A program made the translations under genes and the position numbers. Below, one piece after another: positions 1-10,419 of a stretch of DNA of 64,000 nt. Every line of letters starts with the position of its first letter. The first letter of the stretch is position 1. The stretch is from assembly GCA_965223505.1 (NCBI GenBank), contig CBDCWP010000039.1:224001-288000 (forward strand), written 5' to 3'. The stretch is from Planctomycetota bacterium. GTDB taxonomy: Bacteria > Planctomycetota > PLA2 > JAEUHO01. The notes under the pieces were generated by a model. That model did not search any database and was not told the DNA's origin. It worked only from the letters and a program-made list of their open reading frames with translations.

Positions 1-20
1 GACGGACCCCTGGTCACGCC

Positions 21-1484
21 TCAATCGAGTGCGAGCGGCTCACGGGCGAGCTTCCAGCCGCTCAGCTCGATCACTCTGGAAGTCGTCTTCGAACCGATCT
101 TGACCTTGAACAGGATCCGCCTCGGTGCGAGTACGCCGTGCGTCTTCGTGTAGGTCACCTCGGCTTCGCGAACGATCTCGTCGGGGCCGCCTTTGTCTAC
201 GACTTCGCGCCACGTGACCGGCACATGGTGAGGAAACGGCACCGTCTCGTGGAAGCCGGGCTCCCGGACCTGCCGGTGGTACCGGAACGTGGTCACGTTC
301 AGCATCTCGATGTCGTAGGCGTCCTCGTAGATCGTCGAGAGGACTCCATTGGGTTCGAACACGAAGGTCGAGATCGCGTCGCCCGGGGCGTCCAGTCCCT
401 CGGTGATCTCAACACGTCCGTCTTTCTTGTTCGTCTTCACGGGCTGGGACCCCAGCTGCCTGCGAACCCAGTAGCGCTGGAAGCAGTGGTCAAGGAGCTT
501 GCGCCAGTGTTGCGTGACGTACACGAACGTCAGACCGAACGGCTTCGTCTCGGCCGGCTCGTCCCAGTCCACCCGTCCCTGCTCGGACTCGAAACGGTAG
601 GTTCCCCGGATCGTCCGCTCACCCTCCGTGAATGAGACGCGACAGTTCGCGTCGCGGTACCGCCACAGCCCGGGGTGGTATCCGATCGCCTCCCAGCGCT
701 CGATGGCCTTGCGCGCATCGGCATCGAGCTCGGGCCCTCGCTCCCTGCCGAACTTCCACTGCCGCAATGTGAGGGCGAGGGGCACGGTCTGCGACGCGGT
801 CTTCATCTCCAGTGCGACGCGGACCGGGACGGCGTGCCCCCGAACACGCACCCACGTCAGCGTGCCGTCCTCGCTCATCGTGCCGTAGCTGGGGATCGTC
901 CGAGTGACCCGGTACTGCCGCAGCAGGTGCAGATCGTGCCACTTGCGGTAGCCGAGGGAGATCTCGACCGGGTGCGGCTTCACGCCGGGCATGCGCGCCG
1001 TTGCCGAGATGCCGACGAGTACTCCGGTCCGATCGAAGCGGAACGCGCGGTAGGGCGACTTCCCTTCGACGATCACATCGGTGCCTGCTGCGCCGGGTCT
1101 GGACCGAAGCCTGCAGTTTCTCAGGTACTGTTCCCGTCCGGTGGCGCGCAGCAGCGTCTCGAGCACCATCATCCACGAACCGTGCTCGTACGCACCGCCG
1201 TCTGCGGATACGTGCCAGGCGTACTTCAGACCTCTGAAACCGAACCTCAGAATGCCGTCGAGCACGGTCCGCCGCGGCGACGTCGTGGTGTAGAGCTGGA
1301 GTTTACACTCTCCACTCCCGGCGCCGCCTCGATCGAGGTTGTATTCCTTCGCCCGCCACCCGTTCAGCAGTTCTTTCGACCGCGCATCCATCTCGAGCCC
1401 GGGGATGGAGAGATCCTTGGCGAGGACGCAGGCGTCGTGTGAAAGGAAGACGAGGATGGGGAGGACGAGGCGAGACACGGACAT
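21..1484 (-). CDS. Hypothetical secreted protein (487 aa)
   Basis: Long ORF; N-terminal hydrophobic signal-like segment; GGAGG upstream of the ATG; no family recognised. Confidence 0.7.
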   Translation of the reverse strand: MSVSRLVLPILVFLSHDACVLAKDLSIPGLEMDARSKELLNGWRAKEYNLDRGGAGSGECKLQLYTTTSPRRTVLDGILRFGFRGLKYAWHVSADGGAYEHGSWMMVLETLLRATGREQYLRNCRLRSRPGAAGTDVIVEGKSPYRAFRFDRTGVLVGISATARMPGVKPHPVEISLGYRKWHDLHLLRQYRVTRTIPSYGTMSEDGTLTWVRVRGHAVPVRVALEMKTASQTVPLALTLRQWKFGRERGPELDADARKAIERWEAIGYHPGLWRYRDANCRVSFTEGERTIRGTYRFESEQGRVDWDEPAETKPFGLTFVYVTQHWRKLLDHCFQRYWVRRQLGSQPVKTNKKDGRVEITEGLDAPGDAISTFVFEPNGVLSTIYEDAYDIEMLNVTTFRYHRQVREPGFHETVPFPHHVPVTWREVVDKGGPDEIVREAEVTYTKTHGVLAPRRILFKVKIGSKTTSRVIELSGWKLAREPLALD

Positions 1485-2056
1485 GCGACCTCCAGCGCCC
1501 AGGATGCCCGCAGGCGGAGGTGGACTGCAAGCCTGCGCGCGCTCGCTCTTTCGTGGGGGCCCTGCGCCCGAGTCTCAGGCTCGTGGAGGCTGCATCTCTG
1601 GGTCCGGCGACAGGTTCATCGTGCTGGCATTGATCGCGGGCCGCCATCACGACCTCAGTTTGAGACATCGGCCGAAGTGCTCGAGGGCAGGGCCGAGCGG
1701 CGATCGCGCCATTCGTGGAGAGACGATCCACGAGCCGGCGGGTGGCGGGCCCCTGTCGTCCAAGAAATGGGGGCCCAGCGAGGTTCAGTTGCCAAGAGCC
1801 GATTCGGACGTTCAGGCCGCTCGCACGCAACCGTCTAGGTGTTGACGTCGAACCGCCGCTTGAGCAGGATCGCGGATCGTGAGAAGGACGAAAGTACGTC
1901 GGGGGCCGGCTGGGGACCCGAACGCTGCATGCGGCGCGGCCGCGACTCCAGGGCGGCGCCTCGTTCACGCGATGACCGCTTTCGTCGCGCAGATGGATTT
2001 CACTGTTTCGTCGTCAGATCCTGTATCTGCGCGGCGACTTGCTTGGAGGAAGTGAA

Positions 2057-2590
2057 GTGGCAGTCAGTAGAATTCTGAAGAGTGCAGTGCTTGTCGCGGT
2101 TTGTTCGGCCGTAACGGCAAGTGGGGGCGTGTCCCACGCGGGTGGTGACGGTGCGGTTCGCTTCGACGGAGTCGGGCACGGAACCATTCTCCCGCAGCCC
2201 GACCCGACAAAGGAGATCGCTGCGCTTTCGGGTGTGGCGACAGTCCTGGGCAGGTTCACGGCCCTGCTCGAGACCGACAAGACCTTGATCGAGTTCGTCG
2301 GTTTCGATCCGAAGACGGGCGCGCCCATTCTCCGAGGTTTCTCCGAGATCACGCTCACAGACGCGAACGGCGATGAGCTGTGGGCGCTCGGCATCATCGA
2401 GGGCGTCTTCGATGTCGTGGACGAGAACTGGCCGCAGTTCGAGCTGCACATGGAGTTGATCGGGGGCACCGGGCGCTTCGCCGGTGCAACCGGGTCGGCC
2501 GACGGCAAGGGTGGTCAGGCCACAATTCCCGGAGAGGACAACGACCTGATTCGCGGCAGGTGGACGGGCACGCTCTGCCTGGACGAATAG
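2057..2590 (+). CDS. Hypothetical secreted beta-rich protein
   Basis: GGAGGA then GTG at 2057; signal-peptide-like N-terminus; IGGTGRFAGATG motif seen in dirigent/allene-oxide-cyclase-like barrels. Confidence 0.65.
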   Translation: MAVSRILKSAVLVAVCSAVTASGGVSHAGGDGAVRFDGVGHGTILPQPDPTKEIAALSGVATVLGRFTALLETDKTLIEFVGFDPKTGAPILRGFSEITLTDANGDELWALGIIEGVFDVVDENWPQFELHMELIGGTGRFAGATGSADGKGGQATIPGEDNDLIRGRWTGTLCLDE

Positions 2591-3082
2591 GAGGCGCTGC
2601 GGCAGGTCGGAACTCCTGCCGCATTTCCTCGCGCGATCAGTTCGTGGCGTTCTCCGCGGCCGCCCTCAGCTGAGCGACCAGTTCGCCCAGGACGATTTGC
2701 GCCTCGGCCGTTGCGCCCGGGCGCCGGCACCGGGTTTGGGACGCCGCGAATATGCGCGAGGAGCTCCACCATCTCCGGGAGCTTGGGGGGGCTTGTCGAG
2801 GTTCGCCAGCCTGCCGACCAGATGCCGCTGCGCGCGGCGAGCCGTGCTGTGTGCCTCGACATTCGGGTGGAACGTGTCGAGCACTCGACACGCCGGCCAT
2901 TCAAGTCGCGGCCGGGTATGGTCGGGGCGACCCGAGTCGATACACATCCGCGACCCGTGCTGGGGGCGGTGCGGTTGGTCCTGTAGGTCGGCTGTTCTGG
3001 CGCCCCGGAGGTGGGTCGTGCCGGAGGAGAGGCAGCAGGACGCCGGCGCCCTTGCCTCCCGAGCACCGCTGGCGTGAAATGC

Positions 3083-3234
3083 ATGTGGCGAATCCCCGCC
3101 TCGTTGACGGAGCGCGTGCGCGTAGTAGCAGTTGTCACCGTCTGTGTGCTGACGCTCCTCGGCCCCGCTGCCGCTGAGGACGACAAGCGGGAGCCCAAGG
3201 CTCCGCCTGAGCCTCTCACCACGGAGCAGGCCGC
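3083..3234 (+). pseudogene. 5' fragment of a secreted-protein gene joined to a truncated IS256
   Basis: Signal-peptide-like MWRIP...VVTVCVLTLLGPAAA-EDDK that runs abruptly into IS256 internal sequence at 3235. Confidence 0.45.
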
Positions 3235-4294
3235 CGCCGCGGCTACGCCAACGGCTTCAAGCGCAAGCGCGTCAGAACCCGCTTGGGCGAGATCGACGTC
3301 CAGGTGCCCCAGGTTCGCGACGTCGAGGGCGGCGACACGTTCTACCCCTCCAGCCTCGAACGCGGCCAGCGAAGCGAGAGAGCGCTCACGCTGGCCCTGG
3401 CGGAGATGTACGTCCAGGGCGTCTCGACGCGGCGTGTCGAGGCGATCACGAAGGTGCTTTGCAACGGCCTGGAGATCAGCTCCACGAGCGTGTCTCGAGC
3501 AGCTGCGCTGCTCGACGAGGAGCTCGAGCGCTGGCGCACACGTCCGCTCGGCGCGTTCAAGTACCTCGTACTCGACGCTCGCTACGAGAAGGTGCGCCAC
3601 GGCGGATCGGTGCGCGACTGCGCTGTGCTGATCGCCATCGGCGTCGATTCTCACGGCAAGCGCAGCGTGCTGGGAACGAGCGTGAGCCTCTCGGAGGCCG
3701 AGGTCCATTGGCGCGAGTTCCTCGCTTCTCTCCAGGATCGCGGCCTTCACGGCGTCGAGCTCATCACCAGCGACGGCCACAAGGGCATTGCGGCCGCGCT
3801 GGCGGCGCGGTTCGCCGGCGTGGCCTGGCAGCGCTGCCAGTTCCACCTGCAGCAGAACGCGCAGAGCTACGTTCCGCGCCAGAAGCTTCGACGCGACGTT
3901 GCCGCTGACCTTCGCGCCGCGTTCAATGCGACGTCGCGTCGCGAGGCCGAAGAGAAGCTCAAGGCCTTCGTGAAGAAGTGGGACAAGCCCGCGCCCGACC
4001 TGGCGCGCTGGGCCGAAGAGAACATTCCGCAGGGCTTCACCGTGTTCGATCTCGGCCTGAACGAAGCGCAGCGCAAGCGCCTTCGCACCACCAACAGCCT
4101 CGAGAACCTGAATCAGCAGATCCGCCGCCGCACTCGCGTTGCCGGACTCTTTCCAAACGAAGCGTCCTTGCTGCGGCTCGCAAGCGCGGTGCTCATCGAG
4201 ATCAGCGAGGAATGGGAAACCGGACGGAGGTACTTGCCGAGGGACGACGCTTGATCAACCGCTCAGCGATTTACAGAAAGAACGTTGCTCTGCC
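3235..4294 (+). mobile_element. IS256-family element, 5'-truncated copy (partial transposase to 4254)
   Basis: Near-identical to 6909-7968 of the full copy; has the right IR but lacks the left IR and transposase N-terminus. Confidence 0.92.
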
Positions 4295-4575
4295 CTGAAC
4301 TTCCGTAGGGCCTTCTTGATGCGGAGGTAGGGAACCTTGGTGTAGTCCAAGGATCCGCCCTGGATGTGGTCGTAACTGGTGGGTGCCGGGCAGTCCTTCA
4401 CTTCGCAGAGGAGGAGGCCACTCGCGTGCTCGATGCCGTAGTCGGGGCCGCGATGCTGCTGGCCAGGTGCCGGTGGTGGCAGTCCGGGGCGAGGTTCTCG
4501 AAGCAGGTCCGGGTACTCGATCGAGTCCATGTACTCCTCGAAGAGGAGTTCAGAGGGGCGGTCGTCGTTGTCCAC
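4295..4575 (-). pseudogene. IS-truncated paralog of the PD-(D/E)XK-like gene at 24845-25597
   Basis: First ~94 aa nearly identical to the 25597 gene (DRPSE.LFEEYMDSI.YPDLLREPRPG...PDYGIEHA.GLLLCEVKDCP), then cut by the IS256 right end. Confidence 0.85.
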
Positions 4576-4664
4576 GCGGGAAGCCTACCGGCCTCGGGCG
4601 ACGTGGGGACACACGACTTCTTGGCATGGGGCAGATGCGCTCGATGTCCTGTAGCCTCGGAAGC

Positions 4665-5045
4665 ATGTCCGAGACCTCGGCCTCCCACCGCCATTCGTTC
4701 TCCGTCTCCATGATCGCGCCTGATGGCCTGGCGTGCATGGAGGAGCACCTCGCTGCGACAGCGCTGCCCCTCGTGCTCTGGCGCTCCGGATACAACGGGA
4801 AACACATCCTGCGTTCTGCCCCCGGGAGCGCGCGCGACTTCGATCTCGACATGGACTCAAACGACGATGATTGCATGTTCGCCTCCGGCGCCGTCAGGGG
4901 GGGGCTCGACGACGCTGCTCGGCTGCTTGAGTCCCTGTCCACCTGCTTGAGGGCGGCATCGGTTCCGCACGAGATTCTGTTGGACGATCCCAAGGGTGCC
5001 CTGGCCAAACGATGGGGTTGGCGCTGGTTGGAGCGAAAACCGTGA
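4665..5045 (+). CDS. Hypothetical protein
   Basis: ORF with natural composition; stop overlaps next start (GTGA). Confidence 0.5.
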   Translation: MSETSASHRHSFSVSMIAPDGLACMEEHLAATALPLVLWRSGYNGKHILRSAPGSARDFDLDMDSNDDDCMFASGAVRGGLDDAARLLESLSTCLRAASVPHEILLDDPKGALAKRWGWRWLERKP

Positions 5046-5956
5046 CCCCCAAGGCTCTAGAGGAACTCACACGCGATGCCTTGGAGGCCACAGCGGTTCT
5101 GGACGACAGCAGGGAACTTGAACCGTTCCTGTTCAGGGTGCTGGACGCTCTCAAGCGGAACACCGGCCTACGGGACTTCGCTGCACCGATGTTCATTGCA
5201 GAACTTGAGTGCTACCGCACCTTCGTTGCCGATCTGTTGGCGTACTGCATGCATGAGTTGCGGTGGCCCGAGATCCAGCGACGAGTGACCGAACTCATGC
5301 AGCCCGAGGACACAGAGCGATGGCGCCGCAAGAGCATGGAGTACCGCTACGTGTTGGCGTCGTACGAGGACGACTGGTCGTCGCGCGACTTGTACGCCTA
5401 CTACGACGAGGGGGTACCTCCTGTGCTTTCGTCTTCGGCGCGGGAGGCAGTGCCGAGGGGGAAGACCGTCCGTATCGACTTCGATGACCTTGTTGTCCAC
5501 GTCTACGGCGGCGATGGAAAGACCGCTCATCGTCCGCTCTCAGAACTCACGCCTGAGTCCAGGCACGTCCACGGGCGTCTCACGATCTGCATCGGTGGGC
5601 GCACGGTTCCTGGGTTGGGGTACTGGGGGCCCAGCGACGTATGCATGGTTGATTGGCTGGCTGAGATGAGGAGTGTCTTGCAGGCATTCGAGAGCGACGA
5701 TGTCGGCCAGCACGCCTTTGACGAGGGTGAGCAGGGGCAGCCATCCTTCGTCTTCCGCCGCATGAGAGATCGCGGTTTCTTCACGATCGCCGACTCAGCG
5801 ATCTCGGACGGCGTTGCAGATCCGGACTGGCAGGACGTGGAGTTCGTCGCGGGGGACCTAGCCCTTGAGGTCCGTCTCCTGCTCGCGCGTTGGCTCTACG
5901 AACTCCGGGCGGGAGCACCTCGGGTTGCTGATGCCTGGATGGATAGGTGGCTCTAG
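5042..5956 (+). CDS. Hypothetical two-module protein, immunity-like C-terminal half
   Basis: Coupled ORF; acidic/aromatic composition; apparent linker near YYDEGVPPVLSSS. Confidence 0.6.
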   Translation: MTPKALEELTRDALEATAVLDDSRELEPFLFRVLDALKRNTGLRDFAAPMFIAELECYRTFVADLLAYCMHELRWPEIQRRVTELMQPEDTERWRRKSMEYRYVLASYEDDWSSRDLYAYYDEGVPPVLSSSAREAVPRGKTVRIDFDDLVVHVYGGDGKTAHRPLSELTPESRHVHGRLTICIGGRTVPGLGYWGPSDVCMVDWLAEMRSVLQAFESDDVGQHAFDEGEQGQPSFVFRRMRDRGFFTIADSAISDGVADPDWQDVEFVAGDLALEVRLLLARWLYELRAGAPRVADAWMDRWL

Positions 5957-5977
5957 CCGCGCCCGGCTCGGAAGTGA

Positions 5978-6499
5978 CTACTTTCGACCTGTAATCCGAA
6001 TGTAGATGTCCTCGATCAAGAGCAGCGCGAGTCGGAACAGCAGGAACACGAGCATGACGGGGACGACGATTGGGGCCGCCATCCACCACCACTTACTCGC
6101 AGGTGGTGCGTCGGGATCGACAACACGTCGCTGAGGCGATCTGCTCTGTGAGATCCGCCCGTCCATGTCCCTGAGGTCGTACTCGAAACTGATGTTGCCT
6201 TCCTGATCGACCAGTGTCTCGGCGTCTTCGTCGCTGGCGAGAGCCTGCATGAACGCAAGGTTCGTGCGGTCTAGCACGTCGATGAACTCGGGCCACCGCC
6301 CCGACTGGCGCATCCACTCCTTTGACTCCCCGAGTCCGAAGCCGGTGCGGTGCAGGATTGTCAGGATGTTCCAGGGGTGGGTGCTACGCTGGTCGAGCAT
6401 TAGGGCAATCTGCTCCCGCGTTGCACCTCGTCCGTGTGCTTGCCGCGCAACGCGTTCAAGGCGCTTGAACTCGCGGCTCTCGGTGCGGAGGGGTTCCAT
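5978..6499 (-). CDS. Hypothetical protein with C-terminal transmembrane helix
   Basis: ORF ending in WWWMAAPIVVPVMLVFLLFRLALLLI. Confidence 0.55.
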   Translation of the reverse strand: MEPLRTESREFKRLERVARQAHGRGATREQIALMLDQRSTHPWNILTILHRTGFGLGESKEWMRQSGRWPEFIDVLDRTNLAFMQALASDEDAETLVDQEGNISFEYDLRDMDGRISQSRSPQRRVVDPDAPPASKWWWMAAPIVVPVMLVFLLFRLALLLIEDIYIRITGRK

Positions 6500-6570
6500 G
6501 TCTCTTCGATCTTGACCGGGACTGTGACGTTCTGATCAGGGTAGCGGCTCTCTCCGGCGCTCCTCGTCGA

Positions 6571-7968
6571 GAGGGTGTACCGTTCTTTCTGTAAATGGCT
6601 CCCCGGAGGAGAGGCGCTCGCTTCGCTTGAATCAGCTAGCTGATTCAAGCGAAGCGGGCGCGCCGCCATCTCCCGGGGCGAACTGAGTGGCGGATCAACG
6701 CCGTACCTTTGCAGGTAACGACACCACGCAAAGGAGGAACGACGTGACCCACCACGAACAGCGTACGCCTTGGGGCGACGCACTGGAAGCGCTCAGCGAG
6801 AACGGGTTCGACGGCATGGCTGAGGCGATGCGGGTGCTGGTGAACGAGGCCATGAAGGTCGAACGCAGTGCCTTCCTCGGCGCCGAGCCCCACGAACGCA
6901 CGGATCAGCGCCGCGGCTACGCCAACGGCTTCAAGCGCAAGCGCGTCAGAACCCGCTTGGGCGAGATCGACGTCCAGGTGCCCCAGGTTCGCGACGTCGA
7001 GGGCGGCGACACGTTCTACCCCTCCAGCCTCGAACGCGGCCAGCGAAGCGAGAGAGCGCTCACGCTGGCCCTGGCGGAGATGTACGTCCAGGGCGTCTCG
7101 ACGCGGCGTGTCGAGGCGATCACGAAGGTGCTTTGCAACGGCCTGGAGATCAGCTCCACGAGCGTGTCTCGAGCAGCTGCGCTGCTCGACGAGGAGCTCG
7201 AGCGCTGGCGCACACGTCCGCTCGGCGCGTTCAAGTACCTCGTACTCGACGCTCGCTACGAGAAGGTGCGCCACGGCGGATCGGTGCGCGACTGCGCTGT
7301 GCTGATCGCCATCGGCGTCGATTCTCACGGCAAGCGCAGCGTGCTGGGAACGAGCGTGAGCCTCTCGGAGGCCGAGGTCCATTGGCGCGAGTTCCTCGCT
7401 TCTCTCCAGGATCGCGGCCTTCACGGCGTCGAGCTCATCACCAGCGACGGCCACAAGGGCATTGCGGCCGCGCTGGCGGCGCGGTTCGCCGGCGTGGCCT
7501 GGCAGCGCTGCCAGTTCCACCTGCAGCAGAACGCGCAGAGCTACGTTCCGCGCCAGAAGCTTCGACGCGACGTTGCCGCTGACCTTCGCGCCGCGTTCAA
7601 TGCGACGTCGCGTCGCGAGGCCGAAGAGAAGCTCAAGGCCTTCGTGAAGAAGTGGGACAAGCCCGCGCCCGACCTGGCGCGCTGGGCCGAAGAGAACATT
7701 CCGCAGGGCTTCACCGTGTTCGATCTCGGCCTGAACGAAGCGCAGCGCAAGCGCCTTCGCACCACCAACAGCCTCGAGAACCTGAATCAGCAGATCCGCC
7801 GCCGCACTCGCGTCGCCGGATTGTTTCCGAACGAAGCGTCCTTGCTGCGGCTCGCAAGCGCGGTGCTCATCGAGATCAGCGAGGAATGGGAAACCGGACG
7901 GAGGTACTTGCCGAGGGACGACGCTTGATCAACCGCTCAGCGATTTACAGAAAGAACGTTGCTCTGCC
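6571..7968 (+). mobile_element. IS256-family insertion sequence, complete (1398 bp)
   Basis: Imperfect IRs GAGGGTGTACCGTTCTTTCTGTAAAT / GGCAGAGCAACGTTCTTTCTGTAAAT; 8-bp target duplication CTCGTCGA (6563-6570, 7969-7976). Confidence 0.95.
6744..7928 (+). CDS. IS256-family (Mutator-type DDE) transposase
   Basis: YLVLDARYEKVR, LITSDGHKG, WQRCQFH, RTTNSLENLN motifs; AGGAGG before GTG 6744. Confidence 0.95.
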   Translation: MTHHEQRTPWGDALEALSENGFDGMAEAMRVLVNEAMKVERSAFLGAEPHERTDQRRGYANGFKRKRVRTRLGEIDVQVPQVRDVEGGDTFYPSSLERGQRSERALTLALAEMYVQGVSTRRVEAITKVLCNGLEISSTSVSRAAALLDEELERWRTRPLGAFKYLVLDARYEKVRHGGSVRDCAVLIAIGVDSHGKRSVLGTSVSLSEAEVHWREFLASLQDRGLHGVELITSDGHKGIAAALAARFAGVAWQRCQFHLQQNAQSYVPRQKLRRDVAADLRAAFNATSRREAEEKLKAFVKKWDKPAPDLARWAEENIPQGFTVFDLGLNEAQRKRLRTTNSLENLNQQIRRRTRVAGLFPNEASLLRLASAVLIEISEEWETGRRYLPRDDA

Positions 7969-9015
7969 CTCGTCGAGCCGCTTCCTGGCCTCTCGCAGGT
8001 CAGCCCAGAGCCTCTCGGGGGCGCCCTCTCCGGCAGACCGAATCGCATCGTAGGCGGCGCAGACAGCCCTCTTGGCTTCGAGCACGGCCTGCGTGTCCGG
8101 TGTGCGCTGATCGTCTGGCGAGTACATGATCCCGAACGCGGCGAAGTTCGAGCGTGCCTGCGAGAGGGAGTAGGAACCATTGGGGCCGCCCCAGACCTCA
8201 TCGGCACGGGGGTCGTCTTGCCCATCGTCTTCCCAATCGCACAGAGGGCAGATTTCGTAGCCACCGCGCTCTGAAAGGGTCGGGTAGCCACAACAGGGGC
8301 AGGAGTACGTCACGCCTGGCTCCTCCGGCTTCATGACTCCTTCGTCGATACGCTGGCAGTACTGCGAGAACCAGTCAGTGCGGTCGGACATGATGACGAA
8401 GTTGTCGCCTTGGATGGTCCCCGGCTCCTCCCCTGATCCCTCGACCCTGCGAAAGTACGGCTTCGGATGCAGGGAAGTCGATCCCATGTTGTTGACCACG
8501 ATGTACATCCCAAGTCGCTCGCCGAGGATGACGTAGGTCTCTCCTACGGTCAGCAGTACGGAGTCTCGCTCGCCGGGCTCAGCCGCCACGAGGACACCAT
8601 TGCGATCAGCCATGAGCGCCTGGTCGCTTGTGCAGACAGCAGCGAAGGGATAGTCGCCACGATTGACGCGACGTTCTCCCGCCGATTCCCACCGCTTCCA
8701 GTACGTGAGGGCCTCGCCCTTGAGGTGAGCATGGAGGGGGTGGTCTGGCGCCGCGAGGTTCTCCAAGAAGCACGTGCAGGCTGCGTTGCTCAAGCGCTCG
8801 TCTTCACCGCCGACGATACGATTCAGAATCGGCCCCAGCGAACTCCAGGCGTCTTCGGCGACCTCGTGATCTCGCAAGAAGTGTGAGCAGGCGGCGAACA
8901 CACCATGGACGGAGGTCTTGTCGAAGAGGTTCTCGGGCGACTGGACGTATTCTCGGAAGCCGGGCAGGACTCCATCAAGCACGTTGACCAGGCTCTCGGC
9001 GGTCTTCGAGTTCAT
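7945..9015 (-). CDS. Multi-module protein with C-terminal CPCC-type Cys-rich domain; native C-terminus displaced by IS256
   Basis: N-terminal AACTCFLENL domain; C-terminal CPCCGYPTL..YEICPLCDWEDDGQD..GGPNG; removing the IS restores ...LDEERRREPLP* with stop at 6536-6538. Confidence 0.7.
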   Translation of the reverse strand: MNSKTAESLVNVLDGVLPGFREYVQSPENLFDKTSVHGVFAACSHFLRDHEVAEDAWSSLGPILNRIVGGEDERLSNAACTCFLENLAAPDHPLHAHLKGEALTYWKRWESAGERRVNRGDYPFAAVCTSDQALMADRNGVLVAAEPGERDSVLLTVGETYVILGERLGMYIVVNNMGSTSLHPKPYFRRVEGSGEEPGTIQGDNFVIMSDRTDWFSQYCQRIDEGVMKPEEPGVTYSCPCCGYPTLSERGGYEICPLCDWEDDGQDDPRADEVWGGPNGSYSLSQARSNFAAFGIMYSPDDQRTPDTQAVLEAKRAVCAAYDAIRSAGEGAPERLWADLREARKRLDEGRATFFL

Positions 9016-9254
9016 CAGGAGTGACCATCGGGGCGTCGTTCGTCACGTCGGGGCTCCACCCGGAAGCGTGCATGCGTACAGCCCGCTTCACATGTGACGT
9101 AGATCGCCCCGGCCTCGGGCAAGCGCTCAACGGTGACGGGGTCGCCGCACCAAGGACACGATACTGCACCGGCTTCAGTGCGATCCGCCTCCAGAGCCGC
9201 ATCAACCACCGACCTCAGGCGGCGTTGCCGGTCATCAGGACGGTCGGTGCTCAT
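9015..9254 (-). CDS. Small zinc-ribbon-like protein
   Basis: CPWCG...CEAGC; stop overlaps start of next gene. Confidence 0.5.
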   Translation of the reverse strand: MSTDRPDDRQRRLRSVVDAALEADRTEAGAVSCPWCGDPVTVERLPEAGAIYVTCEAGCTHARFRVEPRRDERRPDGHS

Positions 9255-9270
9255 GCTCTCCAGACTCAAC

Positions 9271-10416
9271 TCAGAAGTGTGACAGCCCGCCCAGCAACTC
9301 CATCCGGACGGGCTCGAACTCTGGCACGCCGAAGAGCCCGGGAAACCCCGCACATTCCAGGATGGTCGTTCTCAAGTACTCGATCAGAGTCGGCGCTCCC
9401 TTGGGAGCCGACATCGGCACGGCGGCTCCAGCCCATCGAAACTCCCGCCAGATCGGGTCCCAGTCTGCCCCGGGCCAGACACCATAGGCAGGGCCGCCGC
9501 TGATGTTGTCCTTGTGGTACCCGTCCGGTGAGAGGGACATCACAAAGCCGCCGTGGCCTTCGGGGATTCCCGTCGGCTCGGGGTTCTCTGCCATCCAGTC
9601 GCGATGCTCTCGGAAGTCCTCACGGACCATGTCGATCCACTCCTCCGAGATGCCGTCAATGTGCAGCGCGTCAGAGAACCCGTTCGGCCCCTCGATGCGA
9701 CGGTCTTCCCAGAACCTGCAATGCGTGTAGCCGTCCCCGTTCCCAGAGAACTCGACGAACGAGATACTCCCGACGATCCGCCAGAAGGCTGCGAGTGCGG
9801 GAGGAACCAACGCCGTCTCTGGCTCGATGAACTCCCGGATCGCGTCCTCCAGCGAGGCGATGAGAGCATCCACGTCCTGAGGTGGATCGATGACGACCGC
9901 TCTGGGATAGCCTAGGTCTGTGAGACGCCGAGCGAGTTCGATTGCCGTGGTGCGGCACCGCTTGAACAGATCCGGGGCGTTCTTCAAGGCATGTTCGGCG
10001 AGCGCGCCCCCCGCGAGAAGGTCCTCACGGAACCGTACCGAAGACTCGCGGATGTGCTCGGGGTTGGGGTGATTGCCCGAGTGCCAGTAACCGTCCTCCG
10101 CGAGGCGCTCAACGATCTCCCGGGCTCCTCTGGCGTACCAGCGGTAGTCAGGCGAGTCGTTGGCGACGTACCGGATGGCCTCGCAGCCGTACATCGTACC
10201 GAGCCGCCCGTTGGCCTCGTGGATCGCCTCAACGATGACTGACTTCAACCTGCCGATGTCGAAGGTGCCGTGATCGCAGCCTCCGATCGGATCAAGACGT
10301 ACAACCTCGGGGTCTGCCTCGGGCGTGTCGTTGATACGGAGACTGACCAAGGCGTGTCCAGGTCCCCAGATGTAGGCGACTTGGTACCAGCCGTCGAGAA
10401 GGGAGAACGAGGGCAT
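9271..10416 (-). CDS. Hypothetical two-module protein (immunity-like)
   Basis: 381-aa ORF; GAGGGG upstream of start; C-terminal SPDGYHKDNISGG..Y...YLR...GFPG module. Confidence 0.65.
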   Translation of the reverse strand: MPSFSLLDGWYQVAYIWGPGHALVSLRINDTPEADPEVVRLDPIGGCDHGTFDIGRLKSVIVEAIHEANGRLGTMYGCEAIRYVANDSPDYRWYARGAREIVERLAEDGYWHSGNHPNPEHIRESSVRFREDLLAGGALAEHALKNAPDLFKRCRTTAIELARRLTDLGYPRAVVIDPPQDVDALIASLEDAIREFIEPETALVPPALAAFWRIVGSISFVEFSGNGDGYTHCRFWEDRRIEGPNGFSDALHIDGISEEWIDMVREDFREHRDWMAENPEPTGIPEGHGGFVMSLSPDGYHKDNISGGPAYGVWPGADWDPIWREFRWAGAAVPMSAPKGAPTLIEYLRTTILECAGFPGLFGVPEFEPVRMELLGGLSHF

Positions 10417-10419
10417 CCG

